From Gemmatimonadaceae bacterium (GTDB taxonomy: Bacteria > Gemmatimonadota > Gemmatimonadetes > Gemmatimonadales > Gemmatimonadaceae), in contig JBJMOW010000004.1 in assembly GCA_045803545.1 (NCBI GenBank), positions 736,001 to 800,000 of the forward strand: a DNA stretch of 64,000 nucleotides, written 5' to 3'. Numbering within the stretch: the first letter of the stretch is position 1; each line of letters opens with the position of its first letter. Below are positions 30,375 to 40,246 of this stretch, piece by piece. Position numbers and translations under genes: made by a program. Under the pieces are notes generated by a model, which saw only the letters and a program-made list of their open reading frames with translations, was not told where the DNA came from and did not search any database.

Positions 30375-30998
30375 ATGGGCGCGACGACCTCCTCTCTTAG
30401 CTCCACTGATTCACCCCGCACGATAGAGAGGTACCTCCGCCTCGCTTTCACCGCGCTTCTCGCGTTGCTCTCATGGCACGCGTTTCACGACCCCTACGGC
30501 AACGTACCGATCGTGACCGACGTCAGCACCGCCATCCACGAGTTCGGGCACATGCTGTTCATGCCCTTCGGCATCCCGATACTCGGCGGGACGATGGTGA
30601 TACTCGGCGGATCGCTCACCGAAGTCGCGTTTCCACTGCTGTTCGTCGGATACTTTCTGCGCAAGCGCGAGGACGGCCGGCGGCGCGACGTGTTCGCGGC
30701 GATGGTGTGTCTCTGGTGGTCTGGGATCGGCCTGCTCGCCACCGCGATCTACTGCGCCGACTCACGCGCCGGCAAGCTCATGCTCCTCGACGGACTGACA
30801 GGGCAGGAGAGCGACGGACATGACTGGTACAATCTTCTCACCATCTGGGGGAAGCTCGAGCAGGACACGGTGATCGCCCGTTGGATGCGAATGATCGCGT
30901 GGCTGATGTGCGTTGGCAGCATCATCATCGCAGTGTGGAGCGCGCTACAACACCCGCGCGAAGCTCAGATAGTCGTGGACCGAACGCACACCACCTGA
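30375..30998 (+). CDS. Membrane protein with HExxH (M50-like)
   Basis: HEFGH in hydrophobic context; GHDW; AAGGA RBS. Confidence 0.75.
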   Translation: MGATTSSLSSTDSPRTIERYLRLAFTALLALLSWHAFHDPYGNVPIVTDVSTAIHEFGHMLFMPFGIPILGGTMVILGGSLTEVAFPLLFVGYFLRKREDGRRRDVFAAMVCLWWSGIGLLATAIYCADSRAGKLMLLDGLTGQESDGHDWYNLLTIWGKLEQDTVIARWMRMIAWLMCVGSIIIAVWSALQHPREAQIVVDRTHTT

Positions 30999-31130
30999 AC
31001 CTCGCCGACCGCACCCGCGACTCGTTTCCTCGTAAACGCGATGTGACTGGCGTGTAAATTCGCGCGCTACGTCCAGCCACAACCCGACTTTCAGCGTAGT
31101 GCAGCTGTCCTAACTGCAACGGAGGCTGCG

Positions 31131-32939
31131 TTGTTGCTGCGTCGACTGTATCAGATCCAACTACTGGGATTCGCTTTCACCCTGAACTGCCTCGCGGCCG
31201 CCGAGGTGGATGTTCCGCGGTCGATACCGATTGCAAATGTCCGCTACGATGTGACCGTTGATTCGGCCGGCGCCACAATGGACAAGCTCAAAGTGGAAAT
31301 GAGCTTCTCGGTGACAAGGCCTGGGGATGTTTTGCTGGCGCTCCCGGCGTGGGCTCCCGGCGACTACAGTCTGAAATGGTTCGCGCGTCGCGTGTCGGAG
31401 TTCACCGCGAACCAGGATGGGAAGCCGCTCGAGTGGAACAAGGCCGATCCGCAAACGTGGCGCGTCGCAGTGCCTGCGGCGGGCCGCGTTCGGGTGGCCT
31501 TTCGATATCTCGGGGATTCAATCGAGTTGGGCGCCCAGTACACGCATTCACCCGAGTTCGCGACGCTTGACTGCGTTGGATTCTGTCTCTATCCAGTCGG
31601 CCAGGGCTTCCGCTGGCCAGCGACGATCGTCCTTCACGTCGATTCAACCGCGCGTGTTCTGACCGGGCTGAGTCGCACTGCCAATCACAACAGCTGGTCG
31701 GCAGCAACATATCATGAGCTGGTCGACGCTCCGTTCTTCGTCGGCAAGTTCGACATCGACAGCGTGAAGGTGTCGAAGGTGTGGGTGCGGCTCGGGAGCT
31801 CTCCCCGAGGTTCCGCCAGCCCTGAGAGTCGCGCGAGGACACTCGATCTCTTCTCTCGACTACTTCCGGTCGAGGCCGCCGTGTTCGGCGAGACGCCGCT
31901 CGATGACTACGTCGTTCTGCAGAGAATGGATCCGAGCGGCGACAACCGGGGCGGGCTCGAGCACGCGAACTCACAACTGGTCGATCTCCCCGAGGGAAAG
32001 GACTGGGAAGGGTGGCACAACTTCCTTTACGCACACGAGTTGTTCCACCTCTGGAATGTGAAGCGCCTTCGGCCCGCCGACATGAGTCCTTACCTCTACG
32101 ATTACATCCAGCCGTCAATGTGGCTCTGGGTAGCCGAAGGCATCACCAGCTACTATGCGAACGTCAGTCTCGTTCGCGCGCGCGTCAACGAGCCTGCTGC
32201 CTTCTACGGCGTCATCGCGTCGGATATTCAGCAGCTTCGCCACGCACCTCCGTTCGCCGTCACCGACGCTTCGTTGTCGGAGTGGATTCAGCCGACGCGT
32301 GGAGCTTCCGGTGACTACTACGCGAAAGGCGAGCTCCTCGGATTACTTCTCGATATCCTGATCCGCGATGGATCGAACAACCGGCACTCGCTGGACGATG
32401 TGATGCGCCAGCTTTACACGTCGACGTACAAGAACTCTTCGCGCGGGTTTACCGGCACTGACTGGTGGCAAACGGTGAGTCGTTACGCAGGCAGCAAATC
32501 ATTCAATGATTTCAATCGTCGCTACGTCAGCGGCCGAGACGACCTGCCGGTTGATTCCGTTCTGTCCTTGGCTGGACTCGCGCTGACGACGCCTAAGCAG
32601 CCCGCGATCGAGATGAGCGGCGAGCGGAACGGCGACTGTTTAAAGGTGACCAGCGTTCCAGCTGGAAGCGCGGTCGAGGCAGCCGGAATTCGCGCGGGCG
32701 ACTGCGTAGTGCAGGCGGCGGGAATCCCAGTCGTATCGGAATATTCGTTGCGCGAGGTGAGGGCGCGAAACGCGGACACTCGTCTCGCTTCTCTCCCGTT
32801 CACGATTCGCCGAGGTACGGATGTGATGACTGTGGCGGTGCCGGTAAGGCTCGTCGAGAGCGACGAGCTGGCGATCAGGGTCGTCGAGAGTGCGTCCCCG
32901 AAAGCAAAGAGTATTCGGGACGGGATTCTCGCGCGCTAG
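31131..32939 (+). CDS. M61 glycyl aminopeptidase with PDZ domain
   Basis: WAPGDY, GGLEH, HELFHLWN, EGITSYY, YYAKG. Confidence 0.92.
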   Translation: MLLRRLYQIQLLGFAFTLNCLAAAEVDVPRSIPIANVRYDVTVDSAGATMDKLKVEMSFSVTRPGDVLLALPAWAPGDYSLKWFARRVSEFTANQDGKPLEWNKADPQTWRVAVPAAGRVRVAFRYLGDSIELGAQYTHSPEFATLDCVGFCLYPVGQGFRWPATIVLHVDSTARVLTGLSRTANHNSWSAATYHELVDAPFFVGKFDIDSVKVSKVWVRLGSSPRGSASPESRARTLDLFSRLLPVEAAVFGETPLDDYVVLQRMDPSGDNRGGLEHANSQLVDLPEGKDWEGWHNFLYAHELFHLWNVKRLRPADMSPYLYDYIQPSMWLWVAEGITSYYANVSLVRARVNEPAAFYGVIASDIQQLRHAPPFAVTDASLSEWIQPTRGASGDYYAKGELLGLLLDILIRDGSNNRHSLDDVMRQLYTSTYKNSSRGFTGTDWWQTVSRYAGSKSFNDFNRRYVSGRDDLPVDSVLSLAGLALTTPKQPAIEMSGERNGDCLKVTSVPAGSAVEAAGIRAGDCVVQAAGIPVVSEYSLREVRARNADTRLASLPFTIRRGTDVMTVAVPVRLVESDELAIRVVESASPKAKSIRDGILAR

Positions 32940-33017
32940 CGTGGTCAGAACTTCGGTCGGCCCGCCGGGCCGACTGCTTTGGGCAGCCGTAGCGCGTTCA
33001 GGATGTTATTCTTTGGC

Positions 33018-33458
33018 ATGGTCCCGGGTGCCTTCGTCCGTTCAGTCGCCGCGGTAATCGCGATTTGCTTTGCATCCGCGAATGTGCTCCCGGCGTTCGG
33101 GGCGCCATGCGCGGTTCACGATCCGGCGTTCGCGAAACTCGCGGCGCACGGACATCACGCGCATGAGAGTTCAGCCGCCACGCCGAGCGCTGGGCACAAC
33201 ACTGCCGGCCATCACGAAGAGCTGAACGCGCCGACCAATCACTCTCAGCAGCGGCACCACTGCACCTGTGTCGGGTGTGGCGATTGTCCATCGCCAGGTG
33301 CTCTGGCCGCAAAGCCTGTCACCTTTGCGCCAGCCCTGGTCTCCGCTGGAACGGAACAGCCGCTACCAACTGCGACAACGCTGGGTCCACGACGCGCCGA
33401 ACATTCCCTACCGTACCCCACACCTCCTCCAGCTCCCTCCCCAAGCCTGAACGGCTGA
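33018..33458 (+). CDS. His/Cys-rich DUF2946-like leader protein with Pro-rich tail
   Basis: CAVH, HGHHAH, HHCTCVGCGDC, LPYPTPPP; TATTCT 5 nt before ATG; precedes a TonB receptor. Confidence 0.75.
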   Translation: MVPGAFVRSVAAVIAICFASANVLPAFGAPCAVHDPAFAKLAAHGHHAHESSAATPSAGHNTAGHHEELNAPTNHSQQRHHCTCVGCGDCPSPGALAAKPVTFAPALVSAGTEQPLPTATTLGPRRAEHSLPYPTPPPAPSPSLNG

Positions 33459-33560
33459 ATCCCGCCGGCGCGGACATCCGCCTGGCGACACGCTCGCCAC
33501 TGCGAGCGCAAATCAATCATCCGATCACTCGCTCAACGTCTCCTGGAGGGGCGTCGCTCA

Positions 33561-35624
33561 ATGTCAATTCACAGCATCAGTTTCGTCTCGGCCGCCGTAC
33601 TGGTCGCGACTTCGCTCACCGCGGATCCGCTCGCCGCGCAACAGCCAGTCCCAGATTCAGTGCGCGCCGATACTGCGCGCGCCGATACTGCGCGCCGATC
33701 AGTGCAGCTGCGCGCTGTAACCATCACCGCTGCTCCGGCCGACAGGGCCGAGGCATCGAACGCGACCCACGTATCGCAGGCACAGATTCAGTCGACACCG
33801 GCAACCAACCCCTGGGATCTGTTGCGTCAGACAGCCGGAGTCGAAGTACATCTCCAGGGTCAGGGTCCAGGCTTCGCCAGCGACGCGTCGGTGCGCGGGT
33901 TCAGCAGCGACCACTCGACCGATCTCGCGCTGTGGATCGATGGCGTGCCGATCAATGAGCCCGTCAATGGCCACGCCGAGGGCTACAACGACTGGAGCCT
34001 GATTTTTCCGGCGACGGTGCAGGACGTCGACGTGATCAAGGGGCCGACCAGTGCGCTGTTCGGAAATTTTGCGCTGTCGGGAGTCGTCAACGTCAGAACT
34101 CTGGAGCGGACAACCGGCACCCAGATCGATGTCAGCGGCGGCAACTTCGCGCGCGGAGAAGGATCGCTCATTACCGGCTTCGACCACGGCGACGGCGGCG
34201 GCGGAGTGTTCGGATTTCGCGGGCGCCACGACGGCGGCTTCAGGCCGCACGCGAAGAATGACGTCGCCCAGATTCACGGACGGCTTGTACGCAACATCGC
34301 GCGCGACGCGGTGGTCGATGGCGGCGTCGAGCTGTATGGCGGCCGCTGGGATTCGCCCGGATATCTGAGCGAGCAGGAGTTCGCGGATAAACAGTACGAC
34401 ATCATCTCGAATCCCAGTGACGGCGGATTCAAGCGCCGCGCACAGGAGCGTCTGAGTCTGCGCGTAACGCGCGGCGAGAACATGCTGTGGCGGACAACGG
34501 GGTACGCAACCCAGGGTCGGTGGCAGCTCTTTCTCACGATCCCGCCCGCCGGCGGACAGTTCGAGGGCACCGGCAGCCAGACCGAAGAAGAAGACACGCG
34601 CTATGGTTACGGCCTCACCAGCGCCCTCACCTGGAATACATCCAACATCGATGTCACAGTCGGTGGTGAAGGCCGGTTTGATCACGCCAGCTATGAGAAC
34701 TGGTTCACCACCGATCGGCAGCGAGATTCAGTCGCGGCAATCGTTGGCGGACGCCAGCTCTCCGGCGGAATCTTCGCGCAATCGGCGATCGATGTTGGCC
34801 GGTATCTCCGCATCGACCTCGGCGGACGCTACGACGCAGTTCGATCGACTTCGATTCCCGCCGGCGACGCGGAGATCACAATGAGTCACGGAGTGTTCTC
34901 ACCCAAGGTGGGCGCGCTGGTGCGGGTGCTGCCCGGGCTCGGCGTCTACGCCAACGCATCGAAGGGATTCCGATCGACCGATGGAATTCTCGAGGATCCG
35001 TCGCTCGAGCCGGTCACCGTCTGGGCGTACGAGACGGGAATCAAGCTCGATACGATTGGAGTGCAGGCCTCGCTCGATGTCTTCCGCATGAACGTGAGTA
35101 ACGAGCAGACCTTCAATCCGTTGACGTCGGGCTCCAACAACGGCGGGCGCAGCCGGCGGCAGGGCATTGAGCTCGGCGTCCGCGCGCCGCTGACGCGGCT
35201 TGCTTCGCTCTCAACGGAGTGGACGCTGAACGACGCGAGGTACGTGAACTTCATCGCCGAGCCTGAAGATCCGACCGCATCGCCCGAAGATGTGAGCGGG
35301 CTCCGCGTCTACAACACTGCGCGGTACATCGGAAGCTCCGCGCTCGATCTCCGCACCGACGACGGCGTCACTCCCGGAAAATGGAATCTGCACCTCGGTG
35401 GCAACTGGGTCGGTCCGTATTCGCCGTTCGACGAGCCGGGTGTCATCCTCGGCGGCTACGGTCTGTTCCATCTGGGCGGTCGCGTGCGTGCATCCCGCGC
35501 GGTGGTGATCGATCTCGGTGTGCGCAACGTGTTGGACCGCAGTTATCCCGAGCTGGTCGCTGGTCACCTCGTCGCGCCGGGTGAGCCGAGGTCTGGCTAC
35601 CTCAGTGTTCGATATCGGATGTAA
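33561..35624 (+). CDS. TonB-dependent receptor
   Basis: VRGFSSDHSTD, IDGVPIN, VIKGPTSALFG, RNVLD, PGEPR. Confidence 0.92.
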   Translation: MSIHSISFVSAAVLVATSLTADPLAAQQPVPDSVRADTARADTARRSVQLRAVTITAAPADRAEASNATHVSQAQIQSTPATNPWDLLRQTAGVEVHLQGQGPGFASDASVRGFSSDHSTDLALWIDGVPINEPVNGHAEGYNDWSLIFPATVQDVDVIKGPTSALFGNFALSGVVNVRTLERTTGTQIDVSGGNFARGEGSLITGFDHGDGGGGVFGFRGRHDGGFRPHAKNDVAQIHGRLVRNIARDAVVDGGVELYGGRWDSPGYLSEQEFADKQYDIISNPSDGGFKRRAQERLSLRVTRGENMLWRTTGYATQGRWQLFLTIPPAGGQFEGTGSQTEEEDTRYGYGLTSALTWNTSNIDVTVGGEGRFDHASYENWFTTDRQRDSVAAIVGGRQLSGGIFAQSAIDVGRYLRIDLGGRYDAVRSTSIPAGDAEITMSHGVFSPKVGALVRVLPGLGVYANASKGFRSTDGILEDPSLEPVTVWAYETGIKLDTIGVQASLDVFRMNVSNEQTFNPLTSGSNNGGRSRRQGIELGVRAPLTRLASLSTEWTLNDARYVNFIAEPEDPTASPEDVSGLRVYNTARYIGSSALDLRTDDGVTPGKWNLHLGGNWVGPYSPFDEPGVILGGYGLFHLGGRVRASRAVVIDLGVRNVLDRSYPELVAGHLVAPGEPRSGYLSVRYRM
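33662..33699 (+). repeat. 15-bp tandem repeat encoding RADTA
   Basis: GCGCGCCGATACTGC x2 plus a partial copy. Confidence 0.7.
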
Positions 35625-35626
35625 AA
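35580..35626 (+). repeat. Direct repeat copy 1 (3' end of the TonB receptor gene)
   Basis: 46/47 identical to 36524-36570. Confidence 0.95.
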
Positions 35627-35701
35627 CCCGATGTTCATTGATTTAGGGTCGTTCATTTTGTTGGAACTGCGCGGGCTCTCGCGGCCCGTACGAGCCAGTG
35701 C

Positions 35702-36256
35702 CTACTGGCACGGGTGGGTCGTGCAGGCGTCGAAGGAGCCATTCGCGCTGACGGAATTCGTGCCGTCTGTTCCCAGGAAGGTGAACGTACCGCGCATTTC
35801 TGACGGTGAGGAACTGGTGATCGCAAGGCGCCCGGACGTGGAATTGAACGATTGAAATTCTGTGCCGGACGTGTAGAGGGTAAGGAGCGCTGTGGGGTTG
35901 GTTGTGCTCTCTGACTGCGGCACGAGATCGTAGGTGCCCGCCCCAAGTTGCGACGAATTATTCTTGACAATCTGCAGTTCCCAGTCCAGGGAGAACTGAG
36001 TGAAGTGGGAAATCGTTATCCCAAACGTGGGCTCTCGGCCCACCAGGATTTGTTGAAAATCTGCGGGCCCGCTTCCCGAGAGGTTTACTGCGCCGGTCGT
36101 CGTGAGACTTCCTGTGCCCTCAGCCGGCGCCACTGGACCGTCGCTACCACACGCGCCGACAGTAAGAGAAACTATGGCCGCTGCTGAAAATATCTTCGCC
36201 CGGTGCCAACCGCCCCGAAGTGGAGAATCATGGAACAGCGCGAGCTCATTTCTCAC
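35702..36256 (-). CDS. Hypothetical lipoprotein
   Basis: Lipobox VGAC; beta-rich domain ending NGSFDA; start uncertain. Confidence 0.65.
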   Translation of the reverse strand: MRNELALFHDSPLRGGWHRAKIFSAAAIVSLTVGACGSDGPVAPAEGTGSLTTTGAVNLSGSGPADFQQILVGREPTFGITISHFTQFSLDWELQIVKNNSSQLGAGTYDLVPQSESTTNPTALLTLYTSGTEFQSFNSTSGRLAITSSSPSEMRGTFTFLGTDGTNSVSANGSFDACTTHPCQ

Positions 36257-36336
36257 CGTCGTCCCATGCAGGCGTAAAGGAATTCGACGAAAAGCGTCAC
36301 GGCGAATATAGAGCGAGCTACTGAAACGGGCGAGCA

Positions 36337-36520
36337 GTAATCGCTGGTCGCCCACTGCGTCTCGAGATCCTATTCGCCGGCGTGACTGACCAGCGCGCGG
36401 TAGCGAGTCGTCGTCACCGCCAGCCGGTTCGTTAAATGTCCACCGTATGACGCGCCGCCCGCGACCTGCTTCGACGCGTCGATGAACGGATACTGTTTGA
36501 TCGCAGCGTCGGCTGCTTCG
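36337..36520 (-). pseudogene. 184-bp degenerate fragment of the S9 peptidase gene
   Basis: Ungapped match to 47366-47549 with 12 mismatches by eye, including TGG>TAG. Confidence 0.92.
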
Positions 36521-36523
36521 CCC

Positions 36524-36570
36524 GGTGAGCCGAGGTCTGGCTACCTCAGTGTTCGATACCGGATGTAAAA
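36524..36570 (+). repeat. Direct repeat copy 2 (duplicate TonB receptor 3' end)
   Basis: GGTGAGCCGAGGTCTGGCTACCTCAGTGTTCGATACCGGATGTAAAA. Confidence 0.95.
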
Positions 36571-36602
36571 ACGGTTAGTCCTAGCCGCAGTCCTCGGGGT
36601 GC

Positions 36603-36836
36603 TTAATCTGTCTGATCGGTCTTGTCAGGAAGTTGTTTTGACCGTTCACGATTATCGAGGCGAATCGCCACCGCGCCGCCACCCATCAAACCACCCGCGG
36701 CGATCAGCGATAGCTTGGCCAGTGCGACGTTGATCAGCCACGAATTTCCCGGCCCGAGGTGCGCGACCATCGCCAGCGCGACGAGTACGCCGAGCGTCGC
36801 GCCGAGAATCATTAGTACTTCACCTAGTCTGCGCAT
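36603..36836 (-). CDS. Small two-TM membrane protein
   Basis: Two hydrophobic segments; TATAAT 7 nt upstream of ATG. Confidence 0.65.
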   Translation of the reverse strand: MRRLGEVLMILGATLGVLVALAMVAHLGPGNSWLINVALAKLSLIAAGGLMGGGAVAIRLDNRERSKQLPDKTDQTD

Positions 36837-36875
36837 ACGACCGAATTATAGCGACGGAATGCAGGCGTCAGCCAT

Positions 36876-37316
36876 TCATCGAATATCTGCGCCGATCGGG
36901 TGAGAGACAGCCAGGCCTTCGCTCGCGCGAGCAGCGAGCACCCACAACGGGCTAACCAGCAGGAACTGGACGATGGTGAATCCGGTCTCGATCGCCATGA
37001 AATCCGGAATCGACGTCATGGGTTGTTTCGCAGCAACGGCCAGGGTGGTGAAGGACCAAGACAGGACCGCGGCCACCGCGGCGAACTTCATTCCATCCGT
37101 AAACGACTCGGGACGGGCGACGACTCGCGGATAAATCCACGCAAAGAGCGCAGCCTGGATCAGCATCGATCCGAAGCCGAACGGAATGATCGGGTTCTCG
37201 CGATAAATTCCGAGCGCCTTGTAGTAAGAGTCGAACACCACCAGATGCCAAACGAATCCAAGAAGAAAGGTCGGAACGACGTAGGCGAAAACGAGGAGCG
37301 GATATCGTTTTGTCAT
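36876..37316 (-). CDS. Four-TM membrane protein
   Basis: Hydrophobic 146 aa; divergent from HxlR. Confidence 0.75.
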   Translation of the reverse strand: MTKRYPLLVFAYVVPTFLLGFVWHLVVFDSYYKALGIYRENPIIPFGFGSMLIQAALFAWIYPRVVARPESFTDGMKFAAVAAVLSWSFTTLAVAAKQPMTSIPDFMAIETGFTIVQFLLVSPLWVLAARASEGLAVSHPIGADIR

Positions 37317-37355
37317 GTGGCCGATCGAGTTTGGGATAAATAGATATTGTGATGG

Positions 37356-37376
37356 TTACTTGCTTTTCGCAAGTAA
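37356..37376. promoter_or_regulatory. Putative HxlR operator
   Basis: TTACTTGC-N5-GCAAGTAA between divergent genes. Confidence 0.7.
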
Positions 37377-37391
37377 TAGTTATATTGGCTA

Positions 37392-37820
37392 ATGGCCAGT
37401 CGGATCAGCAGACCTCGTCGTTCGAGCTGCCCAGTTGCAACGTCGCTCGACATTTTCGGCGACAGGTGGTCGCTGCTCATCATCCGCGACCTGCTGTTCA
37501 CGGACAATCGCCGCTTCGGCGACTTTGCCAGGGCCGGGGAGGATATTGCCACGAATGTCCTCACCGACCGCCTCGAGCTCCTCGAGTGCGAAGGTTTGAT
37601 CCTCCGCCGACGGGATCCCGCTGACGGTCGCAAGTTCGTCTACGACCTGACGCCCAAAGGTTTTGACCTCGCCCCCATAATCGTCCAGATGGTCATTTGG
37701 GCTGCCCGCCATGAGCGGACCGCCGCCCCGCCGGATCTGGTTCGCGAGATGGAGCGCGATCCGAAGAAATTCGTCCAGGGGCTTCGCGCGCGGTGGGAGC
37801 GATCGCCGGCCGGGGCTTGA
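37392..37820 (+). CDS. HxlR-family regulator
   Basis: CPVATSLDIFGDRWSLLIIRDL, YDLTPKG. Confidence 0.92.
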   Translation: MASRISRPRRSSCPVATSLDIFGDRWSLLIIRDLLFTDNRRFGDFARAGEDIATNVLTDRLELLECEGLILRRRDPADGRKFVYDLTPKGFDLAPIIVQMVIWAARHERTAAPPDLVREMERDPKKFVQGLRARWERSPAGA

Positions 37821-37860
37821 CACTCCGGTCATTCCCATTAGCGTAAGTCATGGCTTACGC
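37817..37860 (+). promoter_or_regulatory. Promoter and ArsR operator spanning the start codon
   Basis: TTGACA-16-TAGCGT; palindrome GCGTAAG-TCATGG-CTTACGC (37841-37860). Confidence 0.7.
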
Positions 37861-38161
37861 AGATGTCCTGACGGCTTTAGCCGACCCGACCCGGCGCAGA
37901 CTCTTCGAGGCGCTGCACAAACGGCCGCGAACCGTGACCGAACTCGCGAAGGGTCGGTCGGTGAGTCGGCCGGCGGTCTCGCAGCATCTGAGAGTGCTCG
38001 AGGCTGCGAGACTCGTGAACGTCGAGGCGCGAGGCAATCATCGGCTTTACCGGGTGCGGCGCGATGGCCTCGACGAGCTGCGTCGCTACCTGCAGGGATT
38101 CTGGTCAGATGCGCTGGCCGCGTACAGCGCCGAAATCGCCCGCCAGATAAAAGACGGTTAA
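37850..38161 (+). CDS. ArsR/SmtB family regulator
   Basis: ALADPTRR, SRPAVSQHLRVL. Confidence 0.92.
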   Translation: MAYADVLTALADPTRRRLFEALHKRPRTVTELAKGRSVSRPAVSQHLRVLEAARLVNVEARGNHRLYRVRRDGLDELRRYLQGFWSDALAAYSAEIARQIKDG

Positions 38162-38179
38162 CCGCAACGGAGACGAAAG

Positions 38180-38635
38180 ATGCTCGAACCATTCGTGACA
38201 GCGATCGAGGTGCCGTGTGGCCAGGAACAGGCATTCAAGGTGTTCGTCCACGACATGGGCACCTGGTGGCCGCTGCACAAGCGCTCCATGTCCATGCACA
38301 AGGGCCAGCCGGCCAAGTCACTGAGCATTGAGCCGAGAGTGGGAGGCAAAATCGTGGAGCACGGCCACGACGACACGTTATACCACTGGGGAACGATCGA
38401 GTCCTACGATCCTTATAACTCAGTCGGGATGTCGTTTCACATGGGGCTGCCTCCGTCGAAGGCCAGCCGCGTCGATGTGCGCTTCACTCCGCTGCAAAAG
38501 AACCGAACGCGCGTCGAGCTGACTCAGAGCAACTGGGAAGGCTTTGGCGACATGGCCGAGATGATGCGCGGAAGCTATCCCGCCGGGTGGGTCATCATTT
38601 TTGAGCAGGCATATGGTGCGGCGTGTAGCGCGTAA
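38180..38635 (+). CDS. SRPBCC/AHSA1 domain protein
   Basis: WWP, EPRVGG, TRVELTQ, GW; follows ArsR. Confidence 0.88.
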   Translation: MLEPFVTAIEVPCGQEQAFKVFVHDMGTWWPLHKRSMSMHKGQPAKSLSIEPRVGGKIVEHGHDDTLYHWGTIESYDPYNSVGMSFHMGLPPSKASRVDVRFTPLQKNRTRVELTQSNWEGFGDMAEMMRGSYPAGWVIIFEQAYGAACSA

Positions 38636-38670
38636 GGCCTCACCGTTCTCGAGCATCCAAAACTCTGCCC

Positions 38671-38700
38671 TTGACAATTAGTCCTCGCGAGGACTAATTA
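38671..38700 (+). promoter_or_regulatory. Promoter with a perfect 24-bp MarR operator
   Basis: TTGACA at 38671; AATTAGTCCTCGCGAGGACTAATT (38676-38699). Confidence 0.8.
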
Positions 38701-38706
38701 TATGGC

Positions 38707-39198
38707 ATGTCAGTTCCGACTCCCGCCGCCGCAATGGCGATCCACGATTCGCTGGAAGAGGAGGTGCTCATCGCCCTCGTCCGCGCCGCGTGGCTGGCCG
38801 CGGAACGCTCCACTGCGATCACCACCGCGGCGGGCCTCTCGCCCTCGCAATACAACGTTCTCCGTATTCTCCGCGCGGCGGGACGAAGCGGACTCTCCTG
38901 CAACGAGATCGGCGAGCGCATGGTCACCCGTGATTCGGATCTCACTCGCCTGATCTCGGGTCTCGAGCGCGAGCGACTCGTCGTGCGAGAAACCGACGCC
39001 AAGGATCGGCGTCGAAGCATCAACCGGATTACTCCGGCTGGCAGGGCAACACTGGGTCGGCTCGATCACGATGTCGCCGATGCCGCGAAGCAGACCCTGG
39101 GTCACCTCGGTCGTAATCGACTCAAAGCTCTCCTCAAACTGCTGGTCGCCTTTGCACCGCCACCTTCCTCCACCACTACACTTTCGGAGATCCAATGA
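38707..39198 (+). CDS. MarR family regulator
   Basis: SQYNVLRIL, DRRR, ITPAG. Confidence 0.92.
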   Translation: MSVPTPAAAMAIHDSLEEEVLIALVRAAWLAAERSTAITTAAGLSPSQYNVLRILRAAGRSGLSCNEIGERMVTRDSDLTRLISGLERERLVVRETDAKDRRRSINRITPAGRATLGRLDHDVADAAKQTLGHLGRNRLKALLKLLVAFAPPPSSTTTLSEIQ

Positions 39199-39659
39199 CA
39201 CCCCGCTCTCGCTTTTCCTCGCTGCTGTCGGCGTTCGCGTTTGTTGCCGCCGTCCCATCCGCTTTTGCCGGAGCGCAGAACACCGCCGAGAAACAGCTTC
39301 ACACGTTGTTGGCCAATTATGAAACGTCCCTGAACGCCGGGGACGCGGGTCGGATCGAACAGCTCTATACAGCGGACGGCGTCTTCATGCCGGCTGGATT
39401 CCCGTCGGCCGCCGGTCGGCCGGCGGTGAGAGGCGCCTACGACGCGGTCTTCAAGAACATTCGGATCGCCATCCACTTCACCGTCGACGAGCTGAAGGTG
39501 AAGGGCGATTTCGCGTATGCGCGCACACACTCGGCCGGCACGTCGACAGTGGTGGCCACCGGCGCAAGCGGGCCCGAAGAGAACCGCGAGCTTTTTGTTT
39601 TCGCGCGGACGGCGGACGGCTGGAAGATCGCCCGGTATCTGTTCAACAAACCGTCCTGA
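39195..39659 (+). CDS. Secreted NTF2-like DUF4440 protein
   Basis: Signal peptide; LYTADG; DGWKIARY; ATGA overlap. Confidence 0.85.
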   Translation: MTPRSRFSSLLSAFAFVAAVPSAFAGAQNTAEKQLHTLLANYETSLNAGDAGRIEQLYTADGVFMPAGFPSAAGRPAVRGAYDAVFKNIRIAIHFTVDELKVKGDFAYARTHSAGTSTVVATGASGPEENRELFVFARTADGWKIARYLFNKPS

Positions 39660-39717
39660 CCCAAAAACCTGGTGATGGCGTCGCCGCGTGCGGACGCCAT
39701 CCCATTTGGGCAGGTGC

Positions 39718-39747
39718 CTTGACATCAAGTATCTTGACGTTAAGATA
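39718..39747 (+). promoter_or_regulatory. Promoter with tandem palindromic MarR boxes
   Basis: CTTGACATCAAG and TATCTTGACGTTAAGATA; TTGACA-16-TAAGAT. Confidence 0.7.
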
Positions 39748-39752
39748 TATGT

Positions 39753-40241
39753 ATGAAGAATGTCGCCACACGAAAGTCAGCGGATGTTTCGGGCACACAC
39801 CTTTGGCTGGTGCTGATGAAAGCGCATCGCACCCTCCAGCGGCTGGCGACGCGCAGCATCGAGGCGTCCGACATCTGCCTCTCCGACTTCGCGGTGATGG
39901 AGATGCTGCTCCACAAAGGGCCACAGCCCGTCAACGAGATTGGCCGGCGCATCGAGCTCACCAGCGGAGCGATAACCACCGCGGTGGATCGGCTGGAGTC
40001 GCGCGGCCTTGTGACGCGCGAAGCGCACGAAAGCGATCGCAGGGCTCGGATCGTCGGACTTACGCCGAGAGGGAAAGAGCAGGCGGCGAAAGTGTTCGCC
40101 AGTCACAAAACGGCGATGGATTTGGCGGCGACCGGGCTCTCCAAAAAAGAGCGCGCAACGCTGATCGAGCTGCTCAGGAAACTCGGCACGTCTGCCGAGC
40201 TGCAGCAGCCTCGGAACAATCATAGGAAGAAAGGAGCATAG
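39753..40241 (+). CDS. MarR family regulator (MhqR-like)
   Basis: SGAITTAVDRLE, DRRARIVGLTPRG. Confidence 0.92.
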   Translation: MKNVATRKSADVSGTHLWLVLMKAHRTLQRLATRSIEASDICLSDFAVMEMLLHKGPQPVNEIGRRIELTSGAITTAVDRLESRGLVTREAHESDRRARIVGLTPRGKEQAAKVFASHKTAMDLAATGLSKKERATLIELLRKLGTSAELQQPRNNHRKKGA

Positions 40242-40246
40242 AGGAC

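Noticed and set aside
35580..36570. attL/attR of an integrative element, or a CRISPR repeat
   Set aside because: Only two copies, 944 bp apart, with no recombinase or cas genes; reported as a recombination scar instead
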